Assembly: GCA_003134505.1 (NCBI GenBank)
Contig: PLBK01000021.1
Location: forward strand, 157,276-221,275
Length of the DNA: 64,000 nucleotides
Direction: 5' to 3'
Source: Actinomycetota bacterium
Lineage (GTDB): Bacteria > Actinomycetota > Thermoleophilia > Gaiellales > Gaiellaceae
Under the pieces are notes generated by a model, which was not told where the DNA came from, did not search any database, and saw only the letters and a program-made list of their open reading frames with translations. The translations under genes were made by a program, and so were the position numbers. The first letter of the stretch is position 1, and every line of letters begins with the position of its first letter. Of this stretch, positions 45,733-54,472 are shown piece by piece.

Positions 45733-46320
45733 GTGCTCGCTGTCTCGCTGCTCCTGCTCGCCTCGCCCATCGGGCTCGCCGCGTTCGCTGCGATGGCGAT
45801 CGACATGCTGCTCGTGCCGCGCGACCGCGGCCCGTTCTTCCATCGCGAGCGCCGCATCTCTCGGGGACGCGAGTTCGACCTGCTCAAGCTCAGGATGCTC
45901 CGCGCCGACGTGCTCGCCGGGCTCGGTGCCGACGACTACGTCCGCATTCCCGAGGCCGACCCCGGCAACCTGACCCGGGCCGGTCGTCTGCTCAAGCGCT
46001 GGTACCTCGACGAGCTGCCGCAGCTCGCGAACATCCTGCGCGGCGACATGAGCCTGGTCGGCCCGCGGCCCTGGCCGATCGCGATGGTGAGCGAGCAGGT
46101 CGCGGCGGGGCTCGACTACCGCAACCTCGTCACGGCGGGCTGGACGGGGCCGGCCCAGGTGACGAAGGGAGCGCCCGATCCGGTCGGCTACGCCGAGCTC
46201 GACCTCGCCTACGTCGAGGGCTGCCGGACCTGGAGCGCACCCAGGCTCGTCCGCTACGACCTCGGGATCCTCGTCCGCACCGCGGGAGTGATCCTCCGCG
46301 GCCAGGGCCTGCGGTACTAG
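45733..46320 (+). CDS. bacterial sugar transferase (polyprenyl-phosphate hexose-1-phosphate transferase, WbaP/WcaJ C-terminal type); true start probably upstream and non-canonical
   Basis: RGPFFHRERRISRGREFDLLKLRMLR, LDELPQLANILRGDMSLVGPRP motifs; first canonical in-frame start is GTG 45733. Confidence 0.8.
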   Translation: MLAVSLLLLASPIGLAAFAAMAIDMLLVPRDRGPFFHRERRISRGREFDLLKLRMLRADVLAGLGADDYVRIPEADPGNLTRAGRLLKRWYLDELPQLANILRGDMSLVGPRPWPIAMVSEQVAAGLDYRNLVTAGWTGPAQVTKGAPDPVGYAELDLAYVEGCRTWSAPRLVRYDLGILVRTAGVILRGQGLRY

Positions 46321-46362
46321 TAGTAGCAGCCCAGATCGACCCTCTCGCTAGGCTCAGGATTC

Positions 46363-48162
46363 GTGGCGACGCTACGTGAGCTGGTCGAGATGAGGACGGC
46401 CGTGCCGGCGGACCTGGCCCCGGACGGCTCGTCGGCGCTCGTCACCTCTGACCTCGGCGGGACGATGCAGCTCTACCTGCACGAGGACGGCGTGCGCGAC
46501 CTCGTCCAGCTCACCGACATGCCCGAGCCGGTCGGGGGCTTCTTCCTGCCGGCGAGCGGGCGCATCCTGCTCCAGATGGACGAGGGAGGGAACGAGCTCG
46601 AGCAGCTGTACGTGGTGGACCCCGAGCCGGGTGCGGCACCGCAGCCGCTCGTCGTCGAGCCCGGCTACTTCCACCGGACGCCCAGTGCGAGCCGCGATGG
46701 AAGGCTGCTCGCCTACGCGTCGAACCGCCGGAACGGCGTCGACTTCGACATCTACGTGCGCGAGCTGGATTCGGGTCAGGAGCGCCTCGTGTTCGCGCCG
46801 GGAGGCTGGTGCGACGTCGCCGGCTTCTCGCCGGACGGCTCGTTGCTCGCCGTCCTCGTGGCGACCGAGCGGAGCGGGGACAACGACCTCCATCTCGTCG
46901 ACGTGGAGAGCGGCGAGTCGTTCTCCGCCGTTCCGCACGACGACGACTCCGAGATCGGGCCGCCGGCGTGGCTGCCCGAGGGCGACGCGTTCCTGTTCGC
47001 GACCAGCGTCGGGCGGGACACGATCGCGATTGCGCGCTACGACCTCTCCGAGCGGAGCTGGCGCTACGTGATCGAGGCCGAGTGGGATCTCCGCTGCGCG
47101 ATCGACGAGGCGGGCCGAACGCTCCTCGTCGACAGGAACGCCGACGGGTATTCGCGGCTCGAGCTTCGCGACCCGCGCTCCTTCGAGCTTCGCCGTGAGG
47201 TCGAGCTTCCCGGCCGGGGCGTCGCGGCTGCCTTCGTCTTCTCGCGGGACGGCCGCCGGCTCGCCTACCACTTCACCTCGCCGCTGGTCGCCGGCGACGT
47301 CTGGATCTGCGACACCGGGACGGGCGCGAGCGAGCGGCTGACCGAGAGCCCGAGCGGGGTGTCCGCGGGAGAGCTCGTCGAGCCGGAGCTCCACCGCTTC
47401 GCCTCGTTCGACGGCGAGTCGGTGCCCGTGTTCCTGTACCGCCCGCCCGGCGAGGGCCCGTTTCCTGTCGTGATCATGATCCACGGCGGTCCCGAGGCGC
47501 AGCTCCGGCCGATCTTCAACCCGCTCGCCCAGTACTTCGTCACCAACGGCTATGCGGTGGCCGCCCCGAACGTGCGCGGGTCGACGGGCTACGGGAAGCG
47601 CTACGAGCACCTGGACGACGTCCGCAAGCGGCTCGACTCGGTGCGCGACCTCGTCGCGCTGCACGACTGGCTGGGCACCGTCGACCGGGTCGATGCCGGG
47701 CGGGCGATCCTCTACGGCGGCTCCTACGGCGGCTACATGGTGCTCGCGGGCCTCGCCTTCCATCCGGAGCGCTGGGCGGCGGGGATCGACATCGTCGGAG
47801 TCTCGAGCCTGGTCACCTTCCTCGAGCACACCGCTCCCTGGCGGCGCGCCTTCCGGGAGCGCGAGTACGGCTCGCTCGAGCGCGACCGCGAGTTCCTGCT
47901 CGACGTGTCGCCGCTCACGCACGTCGATCGGATCCGCGTGCCGCTGTTCATCATCCACGGGGCGAACGACCCACGCGTTCCGGTCGGCGAGGCGAGGCAG
48001 ATCCACAGCTCGCTGGCCGAGCGTGGCATCCCCTGCGAGCTGCTCGTGTACGACGACGAGGGGCACGGCCTCAAGCGGCTCCCGAACCGTCTGGACGCCT
48101 ACCCGCGCGCGATCGCGTTCCTCGAGCGCGCGTGCTGGCCGGGGCGCGGTAACGTGCCTTGA
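46363..48162 (+). CDS. S9-family serine peptidase (prolyl oligopeptidase/acylaminoacyl peptidase type)
   Basis: N-terminal beta-propeller region; GGSYGGYM nucleophile elbow; HGANDPRV and DDEGHG catalytic Asp/His contexts. Confidence 0.9.
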   Translation: MATLRELVEMRTAVPADLAPDGSSALVTSDLGGTMQLYLHEDGVRDLVQLTDMPEPVGGFFLPASGRILLQMDEGGNELEQLYVVDPEPGAAPQPLVVEPGYFHRTPSASRDGRLLAYASNRRNGVDFDIYVRELDSGQERLVFAPGGWCDVAGFSPDGSLLAVLVATERSGDNDLHLVDVESGESFSAVPHDDDSEIGPPAWLPEGDAFLFATSVGRDTIAIARYDLSERSWRYVIEAEWDLRCAIDEAGRTLLVDRNADGYSRLELRDPRSFELRREVELPGRGVAAAFVFSRDGRRLAYHFTSPLVAGDVWICDTGTGASERLTESPSGVSAGELVEPELHRFASFDGESVPVFLYRPPGEGPFPVVIMIHGGPEAQLRPIFNPLAQYFVTNGYAVAAPNVRGSTGYGKRYEHLDDVRKRLDSVRDLVALHDWLGTVDRVDAGRAILYGGSYGGYMVLAGLAFHPERWAAGIDIVGVSSLVTFLEHTAPWRRAFREREYGSLERDREFLLDVSPLTHVDRIRVPLFIIHGANDPRVPVGEARQIHSSLAERGIPCELLVYDDEGHGLKRLPNRLDAYPRAIAFLERACWPGRGNVP

Positions 48163-48497
48163 TGGACGCCGATCGGGCACGCGAGCTCCTCGCCGCAGAG
48201 CGTCGACGGATCGAGCACGAGCTTGCCGGCCTCGGACACGAGGACGACAGCGAGCCGGCCGACGAGTACGACGCGGCGAACCTGGCCTCCGACCTGTACC
48301 AGGACGAGCTCGACGAGGGCCGTGCAGACGACCTGCGTGAGCAACTCGCCGCCGTCGCGCGGGCCGAGGAGCGGCTCGCCGCCGGGACCTACGGCCTCTC
48401 GATCGAAAGCGGCCTGCCGATTCCCGACGAACGTCTCGAGGCGGTCCCGACCGCCGAGCTGACGGCGGAAGAGGAGCGCGCGCGGTCCGAGCTCTGA
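48162..48497 (+). CDS. DksA/TraR-like protein lacking the C4 zinc-finger cysteines
   Basis: Coiled-coil region then GTYGLSIESGLPIPDERLEAVP where family members have GxCxxCGxxI..RL.A.P; TGATG overlap with peptidase stop. Confidence 0.55.
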   Translation: MDADRARELLAAERRRIEHELAGLGHEDDSEPADEYDAANLASDLYQDELDEGRADDLREQLAAVARAEERLAAGTYGLSIESGLPIPDERLEAVPTAELTAEEERARSEL

Positions 48498-48552
48498 CCG
48501 ATGCTGTGGTTCCACGCTCCCCTTTTCCCGCGGTGCGAGATGCCCGTGTAGG

Positions 48553-48987
48553 TCAGCCGCCCCGCCTCGTGAGCGTCCCGTCTTCGTCGACTGTGACATG
48601 GGTGATGGGAAGCGGGAAGCGAGCCTGGGCTGTTTCGCCACTGCCCTCCTCCAGCCAGCCTGCCTGGTCGTCGGGACGAGTGGCGATGATGATCTCGTCG
48701 GCAGGGAACGTGCGAAGGGCATCTTCGATCGCTCTCACAGGGTCGGAGTCGCCCACTTGCGCTTCGACGTTCGTGGTGGGCGTCGCTGCGGCTGTCTTGT
48801 CTGCGATCGAAGCCGCTTCGGCGTGGGCGTCGTCCTCGGCGTTCGTCAGCCAGTCGAGGCGTGAAATCTCCGAGGCCGGTGCGACGACCAGCATCTCGGC
48901 GTCATCGCCTCCAACGCTGCGCACGAGATCGCGCAGCGTCTTGTCGGCGACACGGGTTGTGACCACAACAAGCAGACGGCGGGGCAT
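48553..48987 (-). CDS. hypothetical protein (possibly USP-like alpha/beta fold)
   Basis: ATG 48987 preceded by caggagaagg RBS. Confidence 0.55.
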   Translation of the reverse strand: MPRRLLVVVTTRVADKTLRDLVRSVGGDDAEMLVVAPASEISRLDWLTNAEDDAHAEAASIADKTAAATPTTNVEAQVGDSDPVRAIEDALRTFPADEIIIATRPDDQAGWLEEGSGETAQARFPLPITHVTVDEDGTLTRRGG

Positions 48988-49099
48988 GTCCTTCTCCTGA
49001 CGACGAATCCATCGTGGACGATCGGTGCGTGCGACGAGCGCGGTCGGATGGTCGGTCTGGGCGGGAGCTTGCTGCCTCCCGCCCAGGAACGCCACCTTG

Positions 49100-49264
49100 C
49101 TAACGCGTCTTGGCCTTCACGCGCTTCTTCGCGTCTTTGAGCGTGGTCTTCGCCTTGACCTTGGCCTGGTCCAGGTGGCCCGCTACCTCGAGGCGCTTGT
49201 TGCCCGTCGCTGCCCCGGTAACCACCTTCGCCCTGCCCTTTGCTTTGTCGAGTTTTGCGCCCAT
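49100..49264 (-). CDS. CsbD-family stress protein (54 aa, below ORF-track cutoff)
   Basis: MGAKLDKAKGRAKVVTGAATGNKRLEVAGHLDQAKVKAKTTLKDAKKRVKAKTR; strong RBS ggaaggaagg 5 nt upstream. Confidence 0.6.
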   Translation of the reverse strand: MGAKLDKAKGRAKVVTGAATGNKRLEVAGHLDQAKVKAKTTLKDAKKRVKAKTR

Positions 49265-49295
49265 ATCAGCCTTCCTTCCAGTTGAGTGGTAAGTC

Positions 49296-49373
49296 CTAGC
49301 GTCTGCTGAAGCGGAACCCGCCGAAGACGAAAAGCACGAGCACGATGATCAAGATCAGCATCCAGAGCGACAT
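49296..49373 (-). CDS. 25-aa hydrophobic peptide
   Basis: MSLWMLILIIVLVLFVFGGFRFSRR; AAGAGG RBS 7 nt upstream; sits between two small stress/membrane genes on the same strand. Confidence 0.35.
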   Translation of the reverse strand: MSLWMLILIIVLVLFVFGGFRFSRR

Positions 49374-49412
49374 CTGTGGCCTCTTTTCTTCGTTTTCCGG
49401 GATAGCAGGCGA

Positions 49413-49634
49413 TCAGCGCTCGACAACGGTCGTGTTGCCGCCACCGCTTCGGCTGGCGCCGCCGAAGCCGCCCCAGCTCGACCAGAAGACGATCGAGAGC
49501 ACGAGTCCTACGGCACCGACCACCATCAGGATGATCCCCACGGTGTGGATGCTGAAACCCGTCGCGGTCGTGCTGACCGCCCAGGCCATGATCGCACCAG
49601 CTGCGATCATGAGAAGACTGACTGCTGTACCCAT
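49413..49634 (-). CDS. small two-TM membrane protein with Gly-rich tail
   Basis: 73 aa, two hydrophobic helices. Confidence 0.6.
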   Translation of the reverse strand: MGTAVSLLMIAAGAIMAWAVSTTATGFSIHTVGIILMVVGAVGLVLSIVFWSSWGGFGGASRSGGGNTTVVER

Positions 49635-49935
49635 CAGTGCCCCCTTTGATTTGGTGTTTTGTCGCCCGGCCTAGAAACACAACCAGCCGGGATTGCCCGG
49701 CGGATGCATTCATCTCGTGCTTCGAACGGGCTCATCTATCCGTCCTCCTGGTCAAATGGACGGCGGCGGAGAATCTGCCGACCGGCTCCGACCGAAAGGG
49801 CTGACGGACGGACTGCGGGAGTCACGGTTGTTCGGACTCCAAACTGCAAGCGCTTCGTGATAAACGCTACCAGCCTAAGGTAGCACAAGCGTACCGGCCA
49901 CGCATCGGGCGAAAGCCTGACCGCGTTGCCTCAAA

Positions 49936-50550
49936 CTACGCCCCGACCGTTGATGGAGGTGCCTGCGTCGGCAGCGGGGGCAGCAGCAGAAGGTGGCTCT
50001 CGACGATCGCTTCGGCGACGTTGACGAGCTTGCGCCCGTTGTGTTGTGAGTAGGAGCGGAGCATCTCGAACGCTCGTTCTTGGTTGATCGCGTGCCGTGC
50101 CATCAGAATCCCCTTCGCCTGCTCGATCACGGCTCGGCGTCCGAACGCCCCTTCGAGGTTGTGGAACTCCGCGAAGCGGCGCAGGACGATGTCGATCGCA
50201 CTCTCGAGTTGCTCCGAGTCGGTGTCGGTGATGTAGGCGAAGACACCGCGCCTGGCAGCCTCGTGCACGTAGGCCTGGTCGCGCGCTTCGAGCAGCGTGA
50301 TCACGGGGCAGGCGGCCTCGTGGACGATCTTCGAGATCAGCTCGAGCGCGTGCTCCGAGCTCGCGCCGAGACCGACGAGCGCGACGTCGGGCCGCACCTC
50401 GCGGGTGACCTGACCAACCTCCGATACCTCGAGCTGGCGCGCGATCACCTCATGTCCGAGGCCGGCGACGATCAACGCGACCCGCTCCAGCCTGTCAGGC
50501 CGCTCGTTCGCGATCAGAACACGGAGATGACCTACCGGGTCGCTAGGCAT
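49936..50550 (-). CDS. ANTAR-domain response-regulator-like RNA-binding antiterminator
   Basis: REC-like N-terminus (RVLIANERPD..DVALVGL) and C-terminal ANTAR (RAVIEQAKGILMARHAINQERAFEMLRSYSQHNGRKLVNVAEAIV). Confidence 0.85.
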   Translation of the reverse strand: MPSDPVGHLRVLIANERPDRLERVALIVAGLGHEVIARQLEVSEVGQVTREVRPDVALVGLGASSEHALELISKIVHEAACPVITLLEARDQAYVHEAARRGVFAYITDTDSEQLESAIDIVLRRFAEFHNLEGAFGRRAVIEQAKGILMARHAINQERAFEMLRSYSQHNGRKLVNVAEAIVESHLLLLPPLPTQAPPSTVGA

Positions 50551-50810
50551 AGCTCCTCCACGAAGAGGCTATCGCCTCTATCGTCTGTGCTGGGTAAAAC
50601 CCGTGGAGTCGCAAACCCTCGTCAACCACTCAGCTCAGTGTGTTCCCTGATGTGGGGTCGGCGTCGTTGCGCAACTGTGGTCGTACGAGGCGCGCGAGTC
50701 GGACACTCATGTCCGCTGTGCGCTCAGTAGACCGCCGCACCGGTCTTGTTCCCTAGCTGGATTCAGCGTTACGTGGGAACGGAGCGTGGCGGGGTCGGAG
50801 AAGGAGCGTT

Positions 50811-51149
50811 ATGTCCCTGTATATGTCGACCTTCGAGTACAAGCCCGAGGTCTGGTCCGAGCTGATCAGCAACCCGGAGAACCGCACCGAGACCGTCAGC
50901 CGTCTGCTCGAGAGCGCAGGCTGCAAGCTGAAGGGCCTCTGGTACGCGTTCGGCAAGAGTGACGGTTTCGCCCTGATCGAGGCGCCGAACAACGTGACCA
51001 GCGCCAGCCTGATGATCGCGATCAGCGCCAGCGGAGCATTCAGCAAGTTCGAGACGACCGTTCTGATGACGCAGGACGAGCTCCTCAAGGCGCTCGAGCA
51101 GGCGCAGGACGTCGAGTACGTGGCGCCCGGCGCGGCCGTTCACGCCTAA
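50811..51149 (+). CDS. GYD-domain protein
   Basis: MSLYMSTFEYKPE..GLWYAFGKSDGFALIEAPNN pattern of the GYD family. Confidence 0.8.
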   Translation: MSLYMSTFEYKPEVWSELISNPENRTETVSRLLESAGCKLKGLWYAFGKSDGFALIEAPNNVTSASLMIAISASGAFSKFETTVLMTQDELLKALEQAQDVEYVAPGAAVHA

Positions 51150-51262
51150 CAGTTGACCGCCGACGGGAGTCGGGCCGACCAGGCCCGGCTCCCGTCCTGG
51201 CACCGGTTCGAGCGTTCGACTCGTGCCGGATGATCGTTTCCTTGAAAAGAAGGAGAAGCACG

Positions 51263-51415
51263 ATGGAGTGCAACCGATGTCATGGCAACACACCGATCCT
51301 CGTGAACGAGAGCGATCTCTGCTGGGCGTGCGCGTTTCCGCGCCCGTTTGACCTCGCTGCCCAACAGCACGCCCTCGCCGACGAGCGGCAGGCGGTTGTA
51401 GCGAAGGCAGCGTGA
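51263..51415 (+). CDS. 50-aa zinc-ribbon-like peptide
   Basis: MECNRCHG..DLCWAC (two CxxC pairs); AAGGAG RBS 8 nt upstream of ATG 51263. Confidence 0.4.
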   Translation: MECNRCHGNTPILVNESDLCWACAFPRPFDLAAQQHALADERQAVVAKAA

Positions 51416-51514
51416 TCCTCCAGGATCGCGAGGCGTTCTCAAAGGACCTCAGGTCAGGACGCCAGGGCAGCGTTCCGGGCGCAGAAAGGGCCTAGCTACC
51501 AGGTCTGTTCGAGA

Positions 51515-51556
51515 CGGGAGCGACGGGACTCGAACCCGCGACCTCCGGCGTGACAG
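51515..51556 (-). pseudogene. orphan 3' half of tRNA-Asp(GUC): anticodon loop to discriminator base, no 5' half
   Basis: Minus strand reads CTGTCAC-GCCGG-AGGTC-GCGGG-TTCGAGT-CCCGT-CGCTCCC-G; upstream sequence cannot pair as anticodon stem, D arm or acceptor. Confidence 0.7.
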
Positions 51557-52156
51557 GTGAGCGTCGGCCTTTGCCGTTAGTCGCCGTTGTTCGCCGATCG
51601 GGCTTGTTTCGGCGGATCTGGCGGTCGCGGATGGGGTCGGGTTCGCCGTTGGTTGCCACCGCTGCGTTCCAGCTTGGTTCCACAGTGCGCTCGCCCGGCC
51701 TGGGTCTTTCGTCACACCTGATCGGGCGGGCTAGTGCGGTGATGGTCGAGCAGCCTTCGGGGACGTTCCCCCTGGTCTTCACTGATGATTGAGGGGGCGA
51801 CCGGTTTCTGCACGAGCTCGGTCAGGGCGCCTAACAGGATGCCCTCGAGAGCATCGGCGGATCGTCCGCGAGTCGTTCGCCTGCCACGGTGGCTACCAGG
51901 TCACTACGACGGCGACGCCGCTACACCGATCCGGAGTACGTTGGTACGTCGCGCGGATCTACTGCGTGAACATGAACCGCGAGTCCGCCGAGTACTTCCA
52001 GGTGTACGGCATCGCCGCGTAGCACGGCTTGTTGATGAATTGTTTCGACAATTTCGACGCGACGAACTGCCTGTAAAACATGGGGCTTCAACGTCTTGAC
52101 CAACAAGTGGCAGGCGGCACGCGCAATTTAGGACCCACTCGTGCGGTGAGATACAA

Positions 52157-52545
52157 TTCTCGCGCTATGGGCGATCGCTCATCAGGAGACCCTTCTGTAC
52201 GCCGCTGCCTGCTGGTGAGGCGATGGCGAACGTGCTTGCGACGTTCGCGAAGTTCGAGCGCCGCCTGATTTCTCTCGTCGCTGTGTCGCAGTTCCAGCGA
52301 AGTGCGACGTGCGCTCACCCACCTCGGCTTCGGTCGCCGCAGGCGCTAGCCGCGTCTGAGTGGTGGCAGCCCGTGAACTCGATGGGTCGAGCATCAGGTC
52401 GGCCAGCGGACGCGGGACGCGCTGGCGGTGAAGCGATCGCAGGGAGTGAGGCTCGGGCGTTCTGTGACCCTGCCGCCGAATATCGCGCGTCGAGTCCAGC
52501 GGGAGCGAGCGGGGCGTCGCAGCGTTGTCTGTCAAGGTGCTAACT
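52157..52545 (+). pseudogene. decayed small serine recombinase (resolvase/invertase) gene
   Basis: FSRYGRSL..TPLPAGEAMANVLATFAKFERRLIS resembles the resolvase core; a second frame near 52470-52545 gives LPPNIARRVQRERAG.. (HTH region); frameshifted, no catalytic N-terminus. Confidence 0.45.
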
Positions 52546-53586
52546 GTTTGGTGTGGGGATGGGGCCGGTCGCGGGCAGGGTGATGTCGAGGGGTTTGTAG
52601 TCGGGGAGGGCTTTGGCGAGGAGACCGTCGCGGTGGAGTTGGCCTCCGTTGATGTAGGTGCAGATGTAGGTCCAGCCGTTGGTTCCTGGGTCGCAGTGGA
52701 TGTTGCTGTTGGCGAGGTTGGCGGCGAGGATGCTGGTTGCTTGCTGGACTGTGAAGCCGGGGTTGGCGGCGGGAGATTCGTTCGTGTGCGGGGGGACGCG
52801 GCGCGCAGGTGGGAGCGCGGGCCAGGTTGAGTGGGTGGGTGCGGGTGGCGGTTCGAGGTAGGTGCGGAGGTCGCAGTTGATGCCGATGGCGGTGGCGTCG
52901 TTGGTGGCTGCTGCTGCGTACCCGCTGGCTAGGCCGCGGTCTGTTTGGGTGAGGTTGAGTGGTTGCTGTTTGAGCACGGCTTGGTGCAGGGTGTAGAGAC
53001 TGAACTCGTAGTCGAGGAACTGGCTGAAGAAGCGCGACGCGCCGAGGCCGCCGCTTCGGGGCGGGATGTTGGCGACGGGGACGAGGGCGGCCTCGAAGCG
53101 TTGTTCGATGGGGAGAAGCCGGGCGGTCTGCTGGAGGCTAGGAAGTCGCGGGAGGGCGACGATGGCTTGTGCGCGCCGCAGGCAGGCTCTGTCAGCGGCA
53201 GCGACGAACTCGCTCAGGGTCGCGAACGGTGGCTCGGAGTTGACCTCGGTGACGGTGCCGTCACGGTTCGTTCGTACCTCGATCGCGCCTGCCTCCCCGG
53301 AGTTGAGACCGGTGGGGCCGTAGGCGAGGAACGTGCAGCGGACGATCGACGGGTAGTTCGCCTCGGTGGCGCAACGCAGGTCACGCCGGAGGCGCGGGTA
53401 CTCCTGCCATACGAGGCGGCGTGCCTGGGCGCGCGTCAACGGTGTCGAGTGGCCTGTGGCGATCAACTGGCCGGGCGTGAGCATCGGGTCGGCCTTGATC
53501 GCGCTGTGCGAAGACCGAAGCCAGCTGTGTTGGACAACCCAGACGACGACCAAGCAGGCGACGATCACTCCAACGAGACCACGCAT
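52540..53586 (-). CDS. membrane-anchored hypothetical exoprotein
   Basis: ATG 53586 gives MRGLVGVIVACLVVVWVV anchor; no family recognised. Confidence 0.55.
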   Translation of the reverse strand: MRGLVGVIVACLVVVWVVQHSWLRSSHSAIKADPMLTPGQLIATGHSTPLTRAQARRLVWQEYPRLRRDLRCATEANYPSIVRCTFLAYGPTGLNSGEAGAIEVRTNRDGTVTEVNSEPPFATLSEFVAAADRACLRRAQAIVALPRLPSLQQTARLLPIEQRFEAALVPVANIPPRSGGLGASRFFSQFLDYEFSLYTLHQAVLKQQPLNLTQTDRGLASGYAAAATNDATAIGINCDLRTYLEPPPAPTHSTWPALPPARRVPPHTNESPAANPGFTVQQATSILAANLANSNIHCDPGTNGWTYICTYINGGQLHRDGLLAKALPDYKPLDITLPATGPIPTPNS

Positions 53587-53781
53587 CACTAGAGAGATGA
53601 TCGGCACCAGCGCGCGGCAACCCAAGCCGCGAAGCTCGCTCGTCCGGGTGGTGAAGTGCCTGTTCAAGACTCCAGGGGTCTGCTCGCGAGGCAGCCGCCA
53701 CGGCTGAAACCAAATGCGCTGCGCTCAACCGAGGGACGCGGCAGCCTCGTTGAGATCACCCTCACTTCCGATAACGACTAC

Positions 53782-54291
53782 ATGCGGGGACTCGTCGCAC
53801 TCGCCGTCGTGGTAGTGGTCGGCGGCTTCGTGTGGAAGCACCTGCCAGGCGGAGGCGTGATCGCCGTGGGTAGTGGCCCGCGCCCCGCCAACTGGAACCA
53901 GGTCAACCACGGCAGCCTGCCGCCGATCACACCCCCCACACTTGGGTCGAATCACGCTATCTCGTCAATCGTGGCCGGGAACTACGAAGACAGCTACCGG
54001 CGAGGGCCGACCGCAGCTCCCAACTCCGTTGACTGTCCATCAGTGTCCAGCCCTTCTCTCGACACGGAACGAGCAAGCTGGGGCGCGACCGGCTCGTTCT
54101 ACGACTGCTCGATCACACTGGCCGACGGGTCCCAGACAACGGAGTGCTGGTTCCAATCCGGCAGCAACTACCGAATGGCCTTCATCGTCCCCCCGGCTGC
54201 ACCCGGGCCGATCCAGCCACCGATCAAGGGGTCGTGCGAGTTCTTCGCGCAGACGACGAGCCGCGTCGACTTCACCGAAGTAGTCCCGTAG
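53782..54291 (+). CDS. membrane-anchored hypothetical exoprotein
   Basis: MRGLVALAVVVVVGGFVW anchor; Cys-containing ectodomain; followed by family-B hairpin. Confidence 0.55.
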   Translation: MRGLVALAVVVVVGGFVWKHLPGGGVIAVGSGPRPANWNQVNHGSLPPITPPTLGSNHAISSIVAGNYEDSYRRGPTAAPNSVDCPSVSSPSLDTERASWGATGSFYDCSITLADGSQTTECWFQSGSNYRMAFIVPPAAPGPIQPPIKGSCEFFAQTTSRVDFTEVVP

Positions 54292-54355
54292 CCGCCTGGC
54301 CGTTTCTTCGGCAGCCGTCGCCCGGATACATACGCTGAAAGCCACGAACGCGCGT

Positions 54356-54380
54356 GTCGCGTTTTGCTGGAAAAAGCGAC
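54356..54380. repeat. family-B hairpin, copy a (gtcgcgtttt-gctgg-aaaaagcgac)
   Basis: 65 nt after the stop at 54291. Confidence 0.75.
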
Positions 54381-54472
54381 CGCCAGGATCGCGTCCCAGC
54401 GTCGGAGGAGAGTAGGCTGTTGAGCGTGCGCCAACCTCTCGCTTAGTTGGGGCGTCTAACTGGGTGACGGCG

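Noticed and set aside
46372-48180. 602-aa minus-strand ORF
   Set aside because: Antisense to the S9 peptidase (GGSYGGYM nucleophile motif on the plus strand).
51515-51600. A complete tRNA-Asp gene
   Set aside because: The 5' side cannot supply the acceptor strand GGGAGCG, a D arm or the 5' anticodon-stem strand CCGGC. Only the 3' 42 nt are tRNA-like.
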